From positions 160,001-224,000 of the forward strand of contig CAVXXK010000001.1 of assembly GCA_963765675.1 (NCBI GenBank): 64,000 bases of DNA. Direction: 5' to 3'. Positions 1-10,090 of this stretch are shown here, one piece after another. Position 1 is the first letter of the stretch. Every line of letters starts with the position of its first letter. A model generated the notes under the pieces. It worked only from the letters and a program-made list of their open reading frames with translations, was not told where the DNA came from and ran no database searches. The position numbers were made by a program, and so were the translations under genes. The stretch comes from an uncultured delta proteobacterium (GTDB lineage: Bacteria > Desulfobacterota > Binatia > Binatales > Binataceae).

Positions 1-265
1 GTGCGCGCGGCCAAGGTCTGGAACGACCAGATGTCGCGCTACCGCAAGTCGCTCAACTGGGAAGGGATGTACGCGATGGCGATGGACCCCGACAAGGCGC
101 GACGCTACAAAGAGGAAAGCGAGGCGTCCGGCTCCAACGTCTGCTCGATGTGCGGATCGCTGTGCTCGATCAATATCGACAACGCCGCGATCAAGTTCAC
201 CCAGCGCCGCGCGATCGCCGAGACTCATCCCGAAGCTCATGCCAGAGGCTCAGCCGCATGCCTGA
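1..265 (+). CDS. thiC: Phosphomethylpyrimidine synthase ThiC family, C-terminal fragment (5' end outside the window; 3' end uncertain, ORF track runs on to 474)
   Basis: C-terminal CSMCGSLC Fe-S motif preceded by ..LNWEGMYAMAMDPDKARRY, typical of the short ThiC/BzaA-B-F type. A TGA at 263-265 overlapping the next ATG is one base out of frame. Confidence 0.75.
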   Translation, partial: CARPRSGTTRCRATASRSTGKGCTRWRWTPTRRDATKRKARRPAPTSARCADRCARSISTTPRSSSPSAARSPRLIPKLMPEAQPHA

Positions 266-746
266 AGATCGCAACGGAAAGCCTGAACCAAATCTCGCCG
301 CCGGGCTCGCGCTCGAGCTGCGCGACGATCGTAGCGAAGCGCGCCGTCTTTCGGATTATCGTGGGCACAACGTCGTGCTGTATTTCTATCCGATGGACGA
401 TACGCCCGGATGCACCGTCGAGGGCAAGGAGTTCCGCGATCTCTTCGATCAGTTCGCCGCGCTCGACACGGTGATAATCGGCGCCAGCACCGATTCCGTG
501 CAGCGTCATCGCGCTTTCTCCGACAAGCACGCGTTTCCATTCATGCTGCTCTCGGATCCCGACGGGCAGCTCGCCCAAGCGTTCGGGGTTCTGGCCGGAG
601 GCCGTGCAGCGCGCTCAACTTTTGTGCTCGATCACGACCTTCACCTGCGCCGTGCGTTTCACGACGTGACGCCGCGCGGGCACGCCGCCGCGATCCTGAA
701 TTTCGTGCGCACTCTGGTCGAATCGCATCGGATGCTGGGCGGCTGA
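258..746 (+). CDS. bcp: Peroxiredoxin, BCP/PrxQ family
   Basis: VVLYFYPMDDTPGCTVEG motif (PxxxTxxC), F..LSD.DG and RSTFVLD; ATG at 258. Confidence 0.85.
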   Translation: MPEDRNGKPEPNLAAGLALELRDDRSEARRLSDYRGHNVVLYFYPMDDTPGCTVEGKEFRDLFDQFAALDTVIIGASTDSVQRHRAFSDKHAFPFMLLSDPDGQLAQAFGVLAGGRAARSTFVLDHDLHLRRAFHDVTPRGHAAAILNFVRTLVESHRMLGG

Positions 747-844
747 GCGGCCGTCTGCCGCTCAACCGAGCGGCGCGCGTGCTTCGCGATGGTTATAGCT
801 ATATAGAGGAATGAGAATCCGCCCCGAACGGAGCGAGAAAGCGT

Positions 845-2083
845 ATGGCCAAGACTTCGAAAAATATTCTCGACGAAGCGCGCAAAGAAATTAAGCAAAT
901 CGATATCGACGAAGCGCGCCGGCTGCTCGACAAGGGCGCCAAGATTATCGACGTGCGCGAGAGCGACGAATGGCGCCAAGGGCATATCCCGCAGGCGATC
1001 GGAATCCCACGCGGATTCCTGGAGATTCGCGTCGAAGAGAAAGTGCCCGACCGCAAGACCCCGGTGATCATGCAGTGCGCCTCTGGCACCCGCTCGGCCT
1101 ACGCTTCGCGCGCGATGCGCGAGCTCGGGTACGAGAACGTGTACAACCTGACCGGCGGCTTCAACGCGTGGAAAGATCGCGGGCTGCCATGGGAAGCCGA
1201 CCGCCAGTTCACGCAGGACGAGCTCACCCGCTACTCGCGCCATTTTGTGATTCCCGAAGTCGGCGAGAAGGGACAGGCGAAGCTGCTCGACTCGAAGGTG
1301 CTGCTGCTCGGCGCCGGCGCGCTCGGCTCACCGGTTGCGTTGTACCTCGCGGCGGCGGGAGTCGGCACGCTCGGGCTGGTTGACTTCGACGTGGTCGATC
1401 TCTCGAACCTGCAGCGCCAGATCATCCACACTGTCGATCGTATCGGAACTCCCAAAACCGAGTCGGCGCAAAAACAGATCGCGGCGATGAACCCCGGCAT
1501 CAAGGTGATTCGCCACGACGTGCGGCTCACCTCTGAGAACGTGATGGAGATTATCGCGCCGTACGACGTGATCGTGAATTGCGGCGACAATTTCCCGACC
1601 CGCTACCTGATCAACGACGCCTGCGTGTTCGCGAAAAAGCCGCTGGTCGACGGCGCAATCTTCCGCTTTGAGGGCAACGCGACCGTTTTCTATGCCGACA
1701 AGGGCGGTCCCTGCTATCGATGCCTTTATCCGGAGCCCGCTCCCCCCGACATGGCGCCGTCGTGCGCGGAAGCCGGAGTGCTGGGCGCGCTGCCGGGCCT
1801 TATCGGATCGATCGAGGCGCTCGAAGCGATCAAGCTTCTGCTCGGCGCAGGGCATCCGCTTATTGGCAAGATGGTCTACTTCGACACGCTGTCGGATCGT
1901 GACTACGTGCGCATTCTGAAGATTCGGAAGGATCCTTCCTGCCCGGTCTGCAGCGAGCATCCGACCCAGACCGGCCTTATCGACTACGAGGCATTCTGCG
2001 GACTCGGACCTAGCGCGGACAATGGCGCGTCGTCGGACGCGCACGCCGCGCCGGCGCAGGCTGCGAGCGCCGCGGCTCGCTGA
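845..2083 (+). CDS. moeB: Rhodanese-MoeB/ThiF fusion (sulfur-carrier adenylyltransferase)
   Basis: N-terminal rhodanese (IIDVRE..EW..GHIP, CASGTRS); RYSRH, GAGALGS, SNLQRQ, CYRC and CPVC of the E1-like domain. Confidence 0.9.
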   Translation: MAKTSKNILDEARKEIKQIDIDEARRLLDKGAKIIDVRESDEWRQGHIPQAIGIPRGFLEIRVEEKVPDRKTPVIMQCASGTRSAYASRAMRELGYENVYNLTGGFNAWKDRGLPWEADRQFTQDELTRYSRHFVIPEVGEKGQAKLLDSKVLLLGAGALGSPVALYLAAAGVGTLGLVDFDVVDLSNLQRQIIHTVDRIGTPKTESAQKQIAAMNPGIKVIRHDVRLTSENVMEIIAPYDVIVNCGDNFPTRYLINDACVFAKKPLVDGAIFRFEGNATVFYADKGGPCYRCLYPEPAPPDMAPSCAEAGVLGALPGLIGSIEALEAIKLLLGAGHPLIGKMVYFDTLSDRDYVRILKIRKDPSCPVCSEHPTQTGLIDYEAFCGLGPSADNGASSDAHAAPAQAASAAAR

Positions 2084-2105
2084 TTTCGCGTACATAGCAA
2101 AGCCC

Positions 2106-2137
2106 AAAGCGGGCGCCTGAGGGCGCCCGCTTTTTTT
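2106..2137 (+). terminator. Rho-independent terminator
   Basis: AAAGCGGGCGCC-tgag-GGCGCCCGCTTT hairpin followed by a T run, downstream of moeB. Confidence 0.85.
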
Positions 2138-2201
2138 GGGGTCGCTTTTTTTCGAAGGGCCGCCTATCTTGAGGGCGCGCGCTTTCTTCTGGGGTCTAGT
2201 G

Positions 2202-2893
2202 ATGGCTCTCGGACCGTTCTACGTGGCTCAAAAGCTTACACAAACAGCCGGGCTAAGGGGCGTCGCGCTCATGATGCGCCACGGCGAGACCGCGTGGAAC
2301 CGCTCCGGACGCGTGATGGGCCGAAATCCGATCGAGCTCGACGCGGAAGGCCGCGCGCAGGTCGAGCGCGCTGTTCCCTTCGCGCGCGAGCTCGCGATCG
2401 ACCTGATCGTCGCGAGTCCCCTGCCGCGGGCGCGCCAATCGGCGGAGATTATTGCAGCGGGAATCGGCAGCGCTTCGATAAGTGAGGACCCGGAGCTTTC
2501 CGAAGTGCAATACGGCCGATGGGAAGGAATGGTCTTCGATGATCTGATCAAGGATCCCGAGTACGTGCGCTACCGCGAGCATCCGCTGGATCACCCGACG
2601 CCCGGCGGCGAGACGATTCTGCACGTGCAGACCCGCGGGGTCGAGGCCATCACCCGCGCGATCGGGGCGAACCCCGGAAAGCGAATCCTGTTCGTCTCGC
2701 ACGGCGATATAATCCGCACCGTGCTGACCCGCTTCATGGGCTTGGAGCTCTCGCAATTCCGCCGCCTCCGAATCGACAATGCGACCTTCTCGGGATTTCA
2801 GCTCGCGGGCGATTTCGCCGAAATCAAGTTCCTTAACCTCCTGCCCGACCCGGCCGCGCCTTCATCGCTCCGTTCACCCCCAAGTCCGCTTGA
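2202..2893 (+). CDS. Histidine phosphatase (phosphoglycerate mutase family); 3' end probably frameshifted
   Basis: RHGETAWN, SPLPRARQSA, GRWEG, PGGE and VSHG motifs. The ORF track runs to 3068, but a one-base shift near 2850 gives a natural end ..GRAFIAPFTPKSA* at 2893. Confidence 0.8.
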
Positions 2894-3067
2894 GGCCAGG
2901 GGCCCAGGAGCACCAAACCCATTGTTCCGATGGAACTTTCCAGCATTTCCGGAAATATTTTTCCGGAATGCAAGGAAAATTTACCAAACGAACCCATCGG
3001 AATTTCCTTCCGCATGCTATTGGTCTGCCATACTCGCGGGCTTTGACTCAGTTGCAAAGCTGATCTA

Positions 3068-3083
3068 GTAACTAACCAGTTAC
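3068..3083. promoter_or_regulatory. Putative TetR operator palindrome
   Basis: GTAACT-aacc-AGTTAC directly abutting the TetR ATG at 3084. Confidence 0.55.
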
Positions 3084-3797
3084 ATGGCACCTCGGCTTCC
3101 ATCCGGACGGCGCGCTGTCATTCGCCGAAGAGCGCCAGCCATATCGCGCACGCCCCGCTCGAGCGTGCCTGCCCGCGACTCCCAGCGCAGCCAGGAGCGG
3201 ATTCTCGCCGCGGCGCTGGCCGAGTTCTCCGAGCACGGCTTCGCCGGAGCGCGGGTCGACCGAATCGCGCGGCGTGCGCGAATCAACAAGCGGATGCTGT
3301 ACTGCTATTTCGGCGACAAGAACGCGCTCTACCGCGAGACGATGCGCCGGCGCTTCGCGCTGCGCGCCGCGCAAATCGAGCGCTCGCCCTACGGCGACCC
3401 GGAAGGCGCCGCCGCTTTCTGGTGGCGCTTCGGATGCGAGGACCCGGTCTGGATGCGGCTGATGGGATGGGAAGCGCTCGACGCGCAGGCGCGCGCGACC
3501 ATCTGCCGCACCGAACGCAGCCGCGCCTATAAGCGCGCGGTCATGCAGTTCCGCCAGTTTATCGCCCGCGGCGATTTGACCAGCAAGATCGATCCGCGAT
3601 ACGCGCTGTTGCTCAACATGGCGCTGACCGGTTTTCCGATCGCGTTTCCGCAATTGACCCGGCTGGTCACCGGCGTCGGACCGGAGAGCCGCCGTTTCCA
3701 ATCCGAGTGGAACGATTTCCTGCGCATCATCATGCGCCAGTTGAAGCCCGCGCCCGCCGCGCGGCGCCGAAAGCTGCAAGCATCAGGGGACGCGTAA
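3084..3797 (+). CDS. TetR/AcrR family transcriptional regulator
   Basis: RILAAALAEFSEHGFAGARVDRIARRARINKRMLYCYFGDK helix-turn-helix. Confidence 0.92.
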   Translation: MAPRLPSGRRAVIRRRAPAISRTPRSSVPARDSQRSQERILAAALAEFSEHGFAGARVDRIARRARINKRMLYCYFGDKNALYRETMRRRFALRAAQIERSPYGDPEGAAAFWWRFGCEDPVWMRLMGWEALDAQARATICRTERSRAYKRAVMQFRQFIARGDLTSKIDPRYALLLNMALTGFPIAFPQLTRLVTGVGPESRRFQSEWNDFLRIIMRQLKPAPAARRRKLQASGDA

Positions 3798-3798
3798 G

Positions 3799-6700
3799 AT
3801 GTGGATCGTACAACTCGCCCTTAGAAGGCCGGTCACCATCGCGGTGATGGCGGCGTTGATGCTGCTGCTCGGGATCGTCTCGCTCAGCACCATGAACTTC
3901 GACATCTTTCCGGCGATCGATGTGCCAGTGGTCGATCTGGTCTGGAATTATCCGGGACTCTCCGCCGAAGAGATGGAGCAGCGCGTCGTCAATATCAGCG
4001 AGCGCGCGTCCTCGACCACCGTCAACGGCGTTGATCATATCGAGTCGGTATCGCTCAACGGCATCGGGCTTTTGAAATTCTACTTTCAGCCCGGCGCCGA
4101 CACCGCGCTCGCGATCGCGCAGCTTACTTCCGTTTCCGAGGCGATCAAAAATATTCTGCCGCCCGGGATCAACCCGCCCAGCGTGATCGATTACAACGCG
4201 ACCAATGTGCCGGTCGTGTACATCGTCTATTCAAGCGAGATCCTATCCCAGAGCCGGATTTACGACTTTGGCGCGAATTTCGGACGCCTGTTCCTGTTCA
4301 CGATTCCCGGCCTGTCGACGCCCGCGCCGTTCGGCGGCGCTCAGCGCCAGGTGATGGTTAATATCGATCCGTCGCAGATGTACTCGCGCGGCGTGTCGCC
4401 TGCCGACGTGGTCAATGCGCTCCAGCGGCAGAACGTGATCATCCCGGGCGGCACCGCAAAGATCGGCAACACCGAGTATGACGTGGTGATGAACGGCAGC
4501 CCGGTCACCGTCGCCGCGCTCAACCGCCTGCCGATCAAGTACGTGGACGGCGCCCCGGTGTATATCGGCGACGTCGCGAAGGTCAGCGACAGCCACGCGG
4601 TGCAGACCGACGTAGTGACGGTCGACGGCAACCCCGCGACCTACATGCTGATTCTGAAGCATCCAGCGGCTTCGACCCTCAGCGTAGTTGATGCGGTCAA
4701 GAAGGTGATGCCGCAGATGCGCGCGATCGCGCCCAAGGGGCTGGATATCAGCCTCGCGTTCGATCAATCGGTGTTCGTCCGGCGCGCACTCGACGACGTG
4801 CTGCAGGAGGGCGTGCTCGCCGCCGCTTTGGTCGGAGTGATGGTGCTGCTGTTCCTCGGCTCATGGCGCTCGACGCTGATCGTCATTCTGTCGATCCCGC
4901 TTGCGATCTTCACTTCGATCGTCGGGCTCAAACTTTCCGGACAGACGATCAACATCATGACGCTCGGCGGACTCGCACTCGCGGTCGGGATGCTGGTGGA
5001 CGACGCCACCGTCGAGATCGAGAACATCCATCGCAACCACTCGATGGGCAAGCCGCTCGGCGTCGCGATTCTTGACGGAGCGCGTCAGATAGCGGTCCCC
5101 ACGTTCGTCGGCACGCTTGCGATCTGTATCGTGTTCTCGCCCGTCATCGGACTTTCCGGAGTCGCGCGCTTTCTGTTCATGCCGCTCGCGCTGGCGGTGG
5201 TGTACGCGATGCTGGCGTCGTACCTGCTCTCGCGCACTCTCGTGACGAGCATGGCGCTGCATCTGCTCGCGGAGGAGCCGGAGGAGCATCATGCAAGCGG
5301 ATGGCTCGGCGTCATCACGGTCGGTTTCGAGCATTGGTTCGAGCGCCAGCGTTCGCGCTACGAGCGCGGCCTCACCAGTGTGATGCGGCATCGCGGGCTA
5401 GTGCTCGGATGCATCAGTGTGATCGTCGTCGCCTCGATGCTGCTGATGCCGCTGGTGGGCGAGGATTTCTTTCCGAAGGTCGACACCGGGATGATCCGCC
5501 TGCACGTGCGGGTTCCGGTCGGCACCCGGATCGAGGAGAGCGCGCGAATCATGAACGGAGTCGAGCGCACGATTCGATCGGTGATTCCGCAAAACGAACT
5601 CGCGCTGATGACCGATCATATCGGGCTGCCGGTCTATTGGGCACTGCTGTTTTACCAGACCGATTCGATCGGCCCGCAGGACGCAGACCTGCAGATTCAG
5701 CTCACGGAAAATCATCATCCGACTGACGGCTATATCAAGGCGATTCGCAGCGCGGTCCATCGCAATTTCCCCGACGTTACGATCTATCCGCAAGCCGCCG
5801 ACATCATCAGCCAGGTGCTGAGCTTCGGGTTGTCGGCGCCGATCGACGTGCAGATCGTAGGAAAAGATCTCTCGAGCGATTTCAAAATCGCCGAGGAGCT
5901 GAAGTCTCAGGTCGAAACAATCCCCGGCGCCGCTGACGTGCGGATCGCGCAGGTGCTCAATTATCCGACGCTGCGGGTCAAGGTCGATCGCGACAAGGCC
6001 GTCCAGCTCGGCATCTCACAGCTCGACGTCACCAGCAGCATCCTGACCTCGCTCAGCTCGAGCGTGGTGACTTCGCCCAACCAGTGGCTCGACACGAAAA
6101 ACGGCGTCAGCTACAGCGTTGCGGTGCAGACGCCGCAGCATGAAGTCGATTCGATCCAGGCGATAGGCCGCACGCCGATAACCGGCACGCTACCCAACAC
6201 GCAGCCCGGTGATCCGCAATTTCTTTCCAACCTGTCCGGCGTCAGCCATGAAATCCAGGCGCAGGGCATCAACCATTACACCGTGCAGCGCGTAGTCGAT
6301 TTGAATTTGGGCGTCGAGGATCGCGACCTCGGCAGCGTGACCGACGCGGTGCAGAGGAAGATCAACGCGCTCAAGGACGTGCCGCGAGGAACCAGGATCG
6401 CAATCGCCGGCGAAAGCGCCGCGATGCATCAGTCGTTCAACAGCATGGCGTCGGGGCTGATCCTCGCGATCATCCTCGTCTATCTGCTGATGGCGACCAA
6501 TTTCCAGTCGTGGCTCGACCCTCTGATCATCATGATGGCGGTGCCGGGCGCGCTGGCCGGTGTGCTGTGGATGCTGATGTTCACGCACACGACGGTGAAC
6601 GTCGAATCGATGATGGGCACGATCATGGCCGTCGGGGTGGGCGTCGCCAACGGCAACCTGCTCATCACCTTCGCCAACGACCTGCGCGAGCAGGGGCTCG

Positions 6701-6987
6701 ACGCGGTCAGCGCCGCGATCAAGGCGGCCGAGGTGCGGATGCGCCCGGTCATCATGACCGCGCTTGCGATGATTCTCGGGATGCTGCCGATGTCGCTCGC
6801 AATGGGAGAAGGCGGCGAGCAGAATGCACCGCTCGGCCGCGCGGTTATCGGCGGACTGATCGCCGCGACCTTTATGACCCTGGTAGTGGTGCCGGTCGTA
6901 TACTCGATGTTCACGCATGAGCGTATCGGCAAGCGCCAGCGTGACGCGCAGATCGGGCGATTGGTCGAGCAGGCAGAGAAAGATTGA
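3799..6987 (+). CDS. RND efflux transporter permease (AcrB/AcrD/AcrF family)
   Basis: 1062 aa; ALRRP N-terminus, GMLVDDATVEIENI, RMRPVIMTALAMILGMLP and APLGRAVIGGL motifs. Confidence 0.95.
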   Translation: MWIVQLALRRPVTIAVMAALMLLLGIVSLSTMNFDIFPAIDVPVVDLVWNYPGLSAEEMEQRVVNISERASSTTVNGVDHIESVSLNGIGLLKFYFQPGADTALAIAQLTSVSEAIKNILPPGINPPSVIDYNATNVPVVYIVYSSEILSQSRIYDFGANFGRLFLFTIPGLSTPAPFGGAQRQVMVNIDPSQMYSRGVSPADVVNALQRQNVIIPGGTAKIGNTEYDVVMNGSPVTVAALNRLPIKYVDGAPVYIGDVAKVSDSHAVQTDVVTVDGNPATYMLILKHPAASTLSVVDAVKKVMPQMRAIAPKGLDISLAFDQSVFVRRALDDVLQEGVLAAALVGVMVLLFLGSWRSTLIVILSIPLAIFTSIVGLKLSGQTINIMTLGGLALAVGMLVDDATVEIENIHRNHSMGKPLGVAILDGARQIAVPTFVGTLAICIVFSPVIGLSGVARFLFMPLALAVVYAMLASYLLSRTLVTSMALHLLAEEPEEHHASGWLGVITVGFEHWFERQRSRYERGLTSVMRHRGLVLGCISVIVVASMLLMPLVGEDFFPKVDTGMIRLHVRVPVGTRIEESARIMNGVERTIRSVIPQNELALMTDHIGLPVYWALLFYQTDSIGPQDADLQIQLTENHHPTDGYIKAIRSAVHRNFPDVTIYPQAADIISQVLSFGLSAPIDVQIVGKDLSSDFKIAEELKSQVETIPGAADVRIAQVLNYPTLRVKVDRDKAVQLGISQLDVTSSILTSLSSSVVTSPNQWLDTKNGVSYSVAVQTPQHEVDSIQAIGRTPITGTLPNTQPGDPQFLSNLSGVSHEIQAQGINHYTVQRVVDLNLGVEDRDLGSVTDAVQRKINALKDVPRGTRIAIAGESAAMHQSFNSMASGLILAIILVYLLMATNFQSWLDPLIIMMAVPGALAGVLWMLMFTHTTVNVESMMGTIMAVGVGVANGNLLITFANDLREQGLDAVSAAIKAAEVRMRPVIMTALAMILGMLPMSLAMGEGGEQNAPLGRAVIGGLIAATFMTLVVVPVVYSMFTHERIGKRQRDAQIGRLVEQAEKD

Positions 6988-7023
6988 GCTGAGAGCGCCT
7001 CGCAATGAAAATGGAGCATCATC

Positions 7024-8154
7024 ATGGCTGATACCAGGGACAACGCGCCGAAGAAGACGGGCACCCTGCTCTACCTGGGATGGATCGGTGCGGTGGTGAT
7101 CGTGCTCATCGCGCTCGGGGGGCTGGTGCTCGCGCGCGATCTGCAAATCTCTCAGCAGACCGGCGAGCTGCAGCATCAGGAGGATCTCGGGCCGCTGGTG
7201 ATGGTGGCGCCGGTCGAACGCGCGCCGATGAAACGCACGATCAGCTACCCCGGCTATGTCCACGGCTTTTTCGAAAGCGCGATCTATCCAAAGGTCGCCG
7301 GTTACGTGAAGTCGATGCTGGTCGACAAGGGAATGCGCGTGAAGCAGGGCCAACTGCTCGCGGTGATCGTCTCGCCCGAGCTCGATCAGCAGGTCGCCAA
7401 TGCGCTGGCTACCTATCGGATCGCCAAGCTCACCGACGACCGCTTTCAGCGGCTGGTCCGGCAGCAGGTGGTGCCGCAGCAGACCGCCGACGAGTCGCAC
7501 GCAACGATGCTCGCGGACAAGGCGCAGTGGGATTCGCTGCGCGCCCAGCAGGGATACGAGCGTGTGACCGCTCCGTTCGACGGAGTAGTCACCGGCCGCA
7601 ACCTCGACCCGGGAGCGCTGGTTGCGATGGCGACGGCTCAGGCCGGCGCGGTGCCGATTTTCACTATGGCGACGCTCAAGCCGGTCCGCGTTTATATCAA
7701 CATGCCGCAGGATGACGCGGTCTTCATGCGCGACGGCGACGCCGCACGCGTCACCGTTACGCAGTATCCGAATCGCGCGTTTTCCGGCACCGTCACGCGC
7801 CATCCCGAGGCGCTGCTTACCGCCTCGCGCACGATGCTGGTCGAGGTGGATCTACCCAACAACGACAAGTCGCTGCTGCCCGGCATGTACGCGCATGTCG
7901 ATATCTCGCTCAACGGAAATTCAGGAGCGCCGATGGTCGCCGACGACGCGCTGGTGTTCAACGGCGGCAACATCTTCGTACCCGTCGTCGCGAACAACCA
8001 TGTGCATCTGGTCAAAGTGAAACTCGGCCTCGACGACGGGATCAAAAGCGAAGTGGTGGAAGGTCTGACCGGAAACGAGATGGTCGCGATCAATCTCGGT
8101 CAGGTCGCACGCGACGGACAACTGGTCCGCACCGCCGAAGAGCCGCAGCGCTGA
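7024..8154 (+). CDS. RND periplasmic adaptor (membrane fusion protein)
   Basis: N-terminal TM anchor; GYVKSMLVDKG..VKQGQLL, APFDGVV and LLPGMYA. Confidence 0.93.
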   Translation: MADTRDNAPKKTGTLLYLGWIGAVVIVLIALGGLVLARDLQISQQTGELQHQEDLGPLVMVAPVERAPMKRTISYPGYVHGFFESAIYPKVAGYVKSMLVDKGMRVKQGQLLAVIVSPELDQQVANALATYRIAKLTDDRFQRLVRQQVVPQQTADESHATMLADKAQWDSLRAQQGYERVTAPFDGVVTGRNLDPGALVAMATAQAGAVPIFTMATLKPVRVYINMPQDDAVFMRDGDAARVTVTQYPNRAFSGTVTRHPEALLTASRTMLVEVDLPNNDKSLLPGMYAHVDISLNGNSGAPMVADDALVFNGGNIFVPVVANNHVHLVKVKLGLDDGIKSEVVEGLTGNEMVAINLGQVARDGQLVRTAEEPQR

Positions 8155-8163
8155 ACGCCGCAG

Positions 8164-9336
8164 TCAGGGAGCATCGGGCCCTGATGCGTAGGCGCGCGCT
8201 CCGCCTACTTCCACACCCTTGCGCACGCGCACCGCGGCATCCGCATGCGTCGGAACGTCAACGTGAACGCTGCGATAGCCGCCGGCCGACGCGTCCGGAG
8301 CGACAAACCCAATAGTGTACTGCTCGCGAAGTTCCAGGCTGATCTGCTCGCACGCCGCGCGCAACTGCGCGCCGTCTCCAACCTGGTGGATGATGTAGGT
8401 GCGCGCTCCGGTCTCTTTCGACAATGTGGTCAACGTGGCCGCATCGACGCGCTCGATTCCGCTACCGCCCAGCACGAACGGGCCGATTGCCAGGCTCGGC
8501 GAGAACTCAGACGCGTTCGGATCTCCGATTCCGATCGAGTAAACCAGCACACCCAGCCGGCGCGCCTCGCCGACGACACCTTCCACCGTCTCGCGGCTCT
8601 GATTGTCCATCCCGTCGGTCACGACCAGCAGCGCCTTCTTGTCGTAGCGTCCATGCTCGACCATCTCCAAGCCGCGCATGATCGTATCGAACAGTGCGGT
8701 CTCGCCGTTGGCGCGCAACAGCCCGAGCTTCGCCATCACCAGCGAGTGATTCATCGTGAACGGCTGCAACAGATAGGGTCGGTCGGAAAATGCGAACAGA
8801 AAAACGTCGTCGCGATCATTCAAATCACGCAGAAATTGTGCAATCGCGATTCGCGCCTGTGGAATCTTGGGCTGCATGCTGCCTGAAGTATCCACCACGA
8901 TTCCGACCGAGACCGGGGTGTTCGTGTCCTGCCGAAAGAACTGGATCGGTTGCATATGACCGTCGAGTTGGAGCTTGAAGTCGTCCTTCTTGAGCCCGGT
9001 AAGATAGCTCCCGCGAGGGTCGGTCACCGTAACCGTGACCTGCGCGTAGCCCGGCTGTTCGCGCAACTCGCGGGTCGGCAATTCGAGTTCCTGCCCTTGC
9101 TGCGGCTGCTGAAGCTGCGGCGGGATATTCAGCGACGCGCTGGGCTGTTGTGGCGTCGTAGGCAGTTCGAGCGTCGATCCGGCAGCGCCGCCCTGGCTCT
9201 GCGGAATTACCATCTGCTGTGTCGCCTGCGCCGACGCAACTGGTGCCCACACGCAGGCCGTCAGCAGCATTATGTTGAGCGCAATAGCTATACGATGCGC
9301 ACCAATGCCCGTTCGAGTGTAGGTGGTGGTCTCCAT
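8164..9336 (-). CDS. Exported VWA-domain protein (acidobacterial VWFA type)
   Basis: Signal peptide, Gln/Pro linker, MIDAS DTSGS, TALFD and VVTDG. Confidence 0.85.
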   Translation of the reverse strand: METTTYTRTGIGAHRIAIALNIMLLTACVWAPVASAQATQQMVIPQSQGGAAGSTLELPTTPQQPSASLNIPPQLQQPQQGQELELPTRELREQPGYAQVTVTVTDPRGSYLTGLKKDDFKLQLDGHMQPIQFFRQDTNTPVSVGIVVDTSGSMQPKIPQARIAIAQFLRDLNDRDDVFLFAFSDRPYLLQPFTMNHSLVMAKLGLLRANGETALFDTIMRGLEMVEHGRYDKKALLVVTDGMDNQSRETVEGVVGEARRLGVLVYSIGIGDPNASEFSPSLAIGPFVLGGSGIERVDAATLTTLSKETGARTYIIHQVGDGAQLRAACEQISLELREQYTIGFVAPDASAGGYRSVHVDVPTHADAAVRVRKGVEVGGARAYASGPDAP

Positions 9337-9576
9337 TGCCTTGCGATCGATCTTCCTATGACAAGCCGCGTCACACAACAGGTCGCCGTGCGTGATGACG
9401 TGATCTGTTAGACGTACCGTCCGGCGGGACGCTTCAGGCAGAGTCCGCTACGCCATGAAAATTGGCGCAATCGCGCGGCGGAGATTGAATGACCGTGCCG
9501 ATTGCCCGCGCCCGATTGCCCGCGAACCGATTTCGCGGCATGATCTTCGAGCGACCCGGCGCGTCCGGCAGCGAAG

Positions 9577-9942
9577 ATGAACAAGAATTCAGAGTCTGCG
9601 CAACCCTCTGTCCCAGGTATGCGGAGGCCGGCGTTCGTGATGGACGGCGCGGGTATCGTGGTCGATTGGAGTAGCGAGGCTGAGCAGCAGTTCGGATGGT
9701 CGCGGAGCGAAGCGATTGGCCGCAAGCTCTCCGAACTGATTATCCCTGAGCGCCATCGCACCGCGCACGAGGCCGGACTTAAGCACTTCATGCTGTCAAA
9801 GGGACGCGGCGCGCTGCTTGATCGCAAGCTGGAACTGGTGATGCTGCATCGTGATGGCCGCGAGTTTCCATTGGCAATAACGATTGGCTCGCAAGAAAAC
9901 GGAAGCGCGCACCTGTTTCCAACCTATATCGAGCGCGACTGA
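9577..9942 (+). CDS. Stand-alone PAS domain protein
   Basis: WSSEAEQQFGWSRSEAIG..IIPE and HRDGREFP PAS S-box signature. Confidence 0.8.
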   Translation: MNKNSESAQPSVPGMRRPAFVMDGAGIVVDWSSEAEQQFGWSRSEAIGRKLSELIIPERHRTAHEAGLKHFMLSKGRGALLDRKLELVMLHRDGREFPLAITIGSQENGSAHLFPTYIERD

Positions 9943-10090
9943 GAGCGTGCGCCCCTGAGCAATGGCAATAACCGGGGGCATCGGGTACAAAAAGATTCCG
10001 GGAATCAACGCCAAACGCCTCCCGTGTTGATCGGCGCCTCCTCCTGATGGCATGGCTGTTGCTCTGGGGATCAGACTGATCAAATTTCCT

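Noticed and set aside
1-474. ThiC with a long C-terminal extension overlapping bcp by over 200 bp
   Set aside because: The extension is an off-frame reading of bcp; a single indel restores a normal stop/start overlap.
6190-7803. Long antisense ORFs (for example 6190..7803, 24959..26194, 27223..28293, 39659..40906, 47940..49352)
   Set aside because: Shadow ORFs opposite well-supported genes, expected with high GC3; no motifs.
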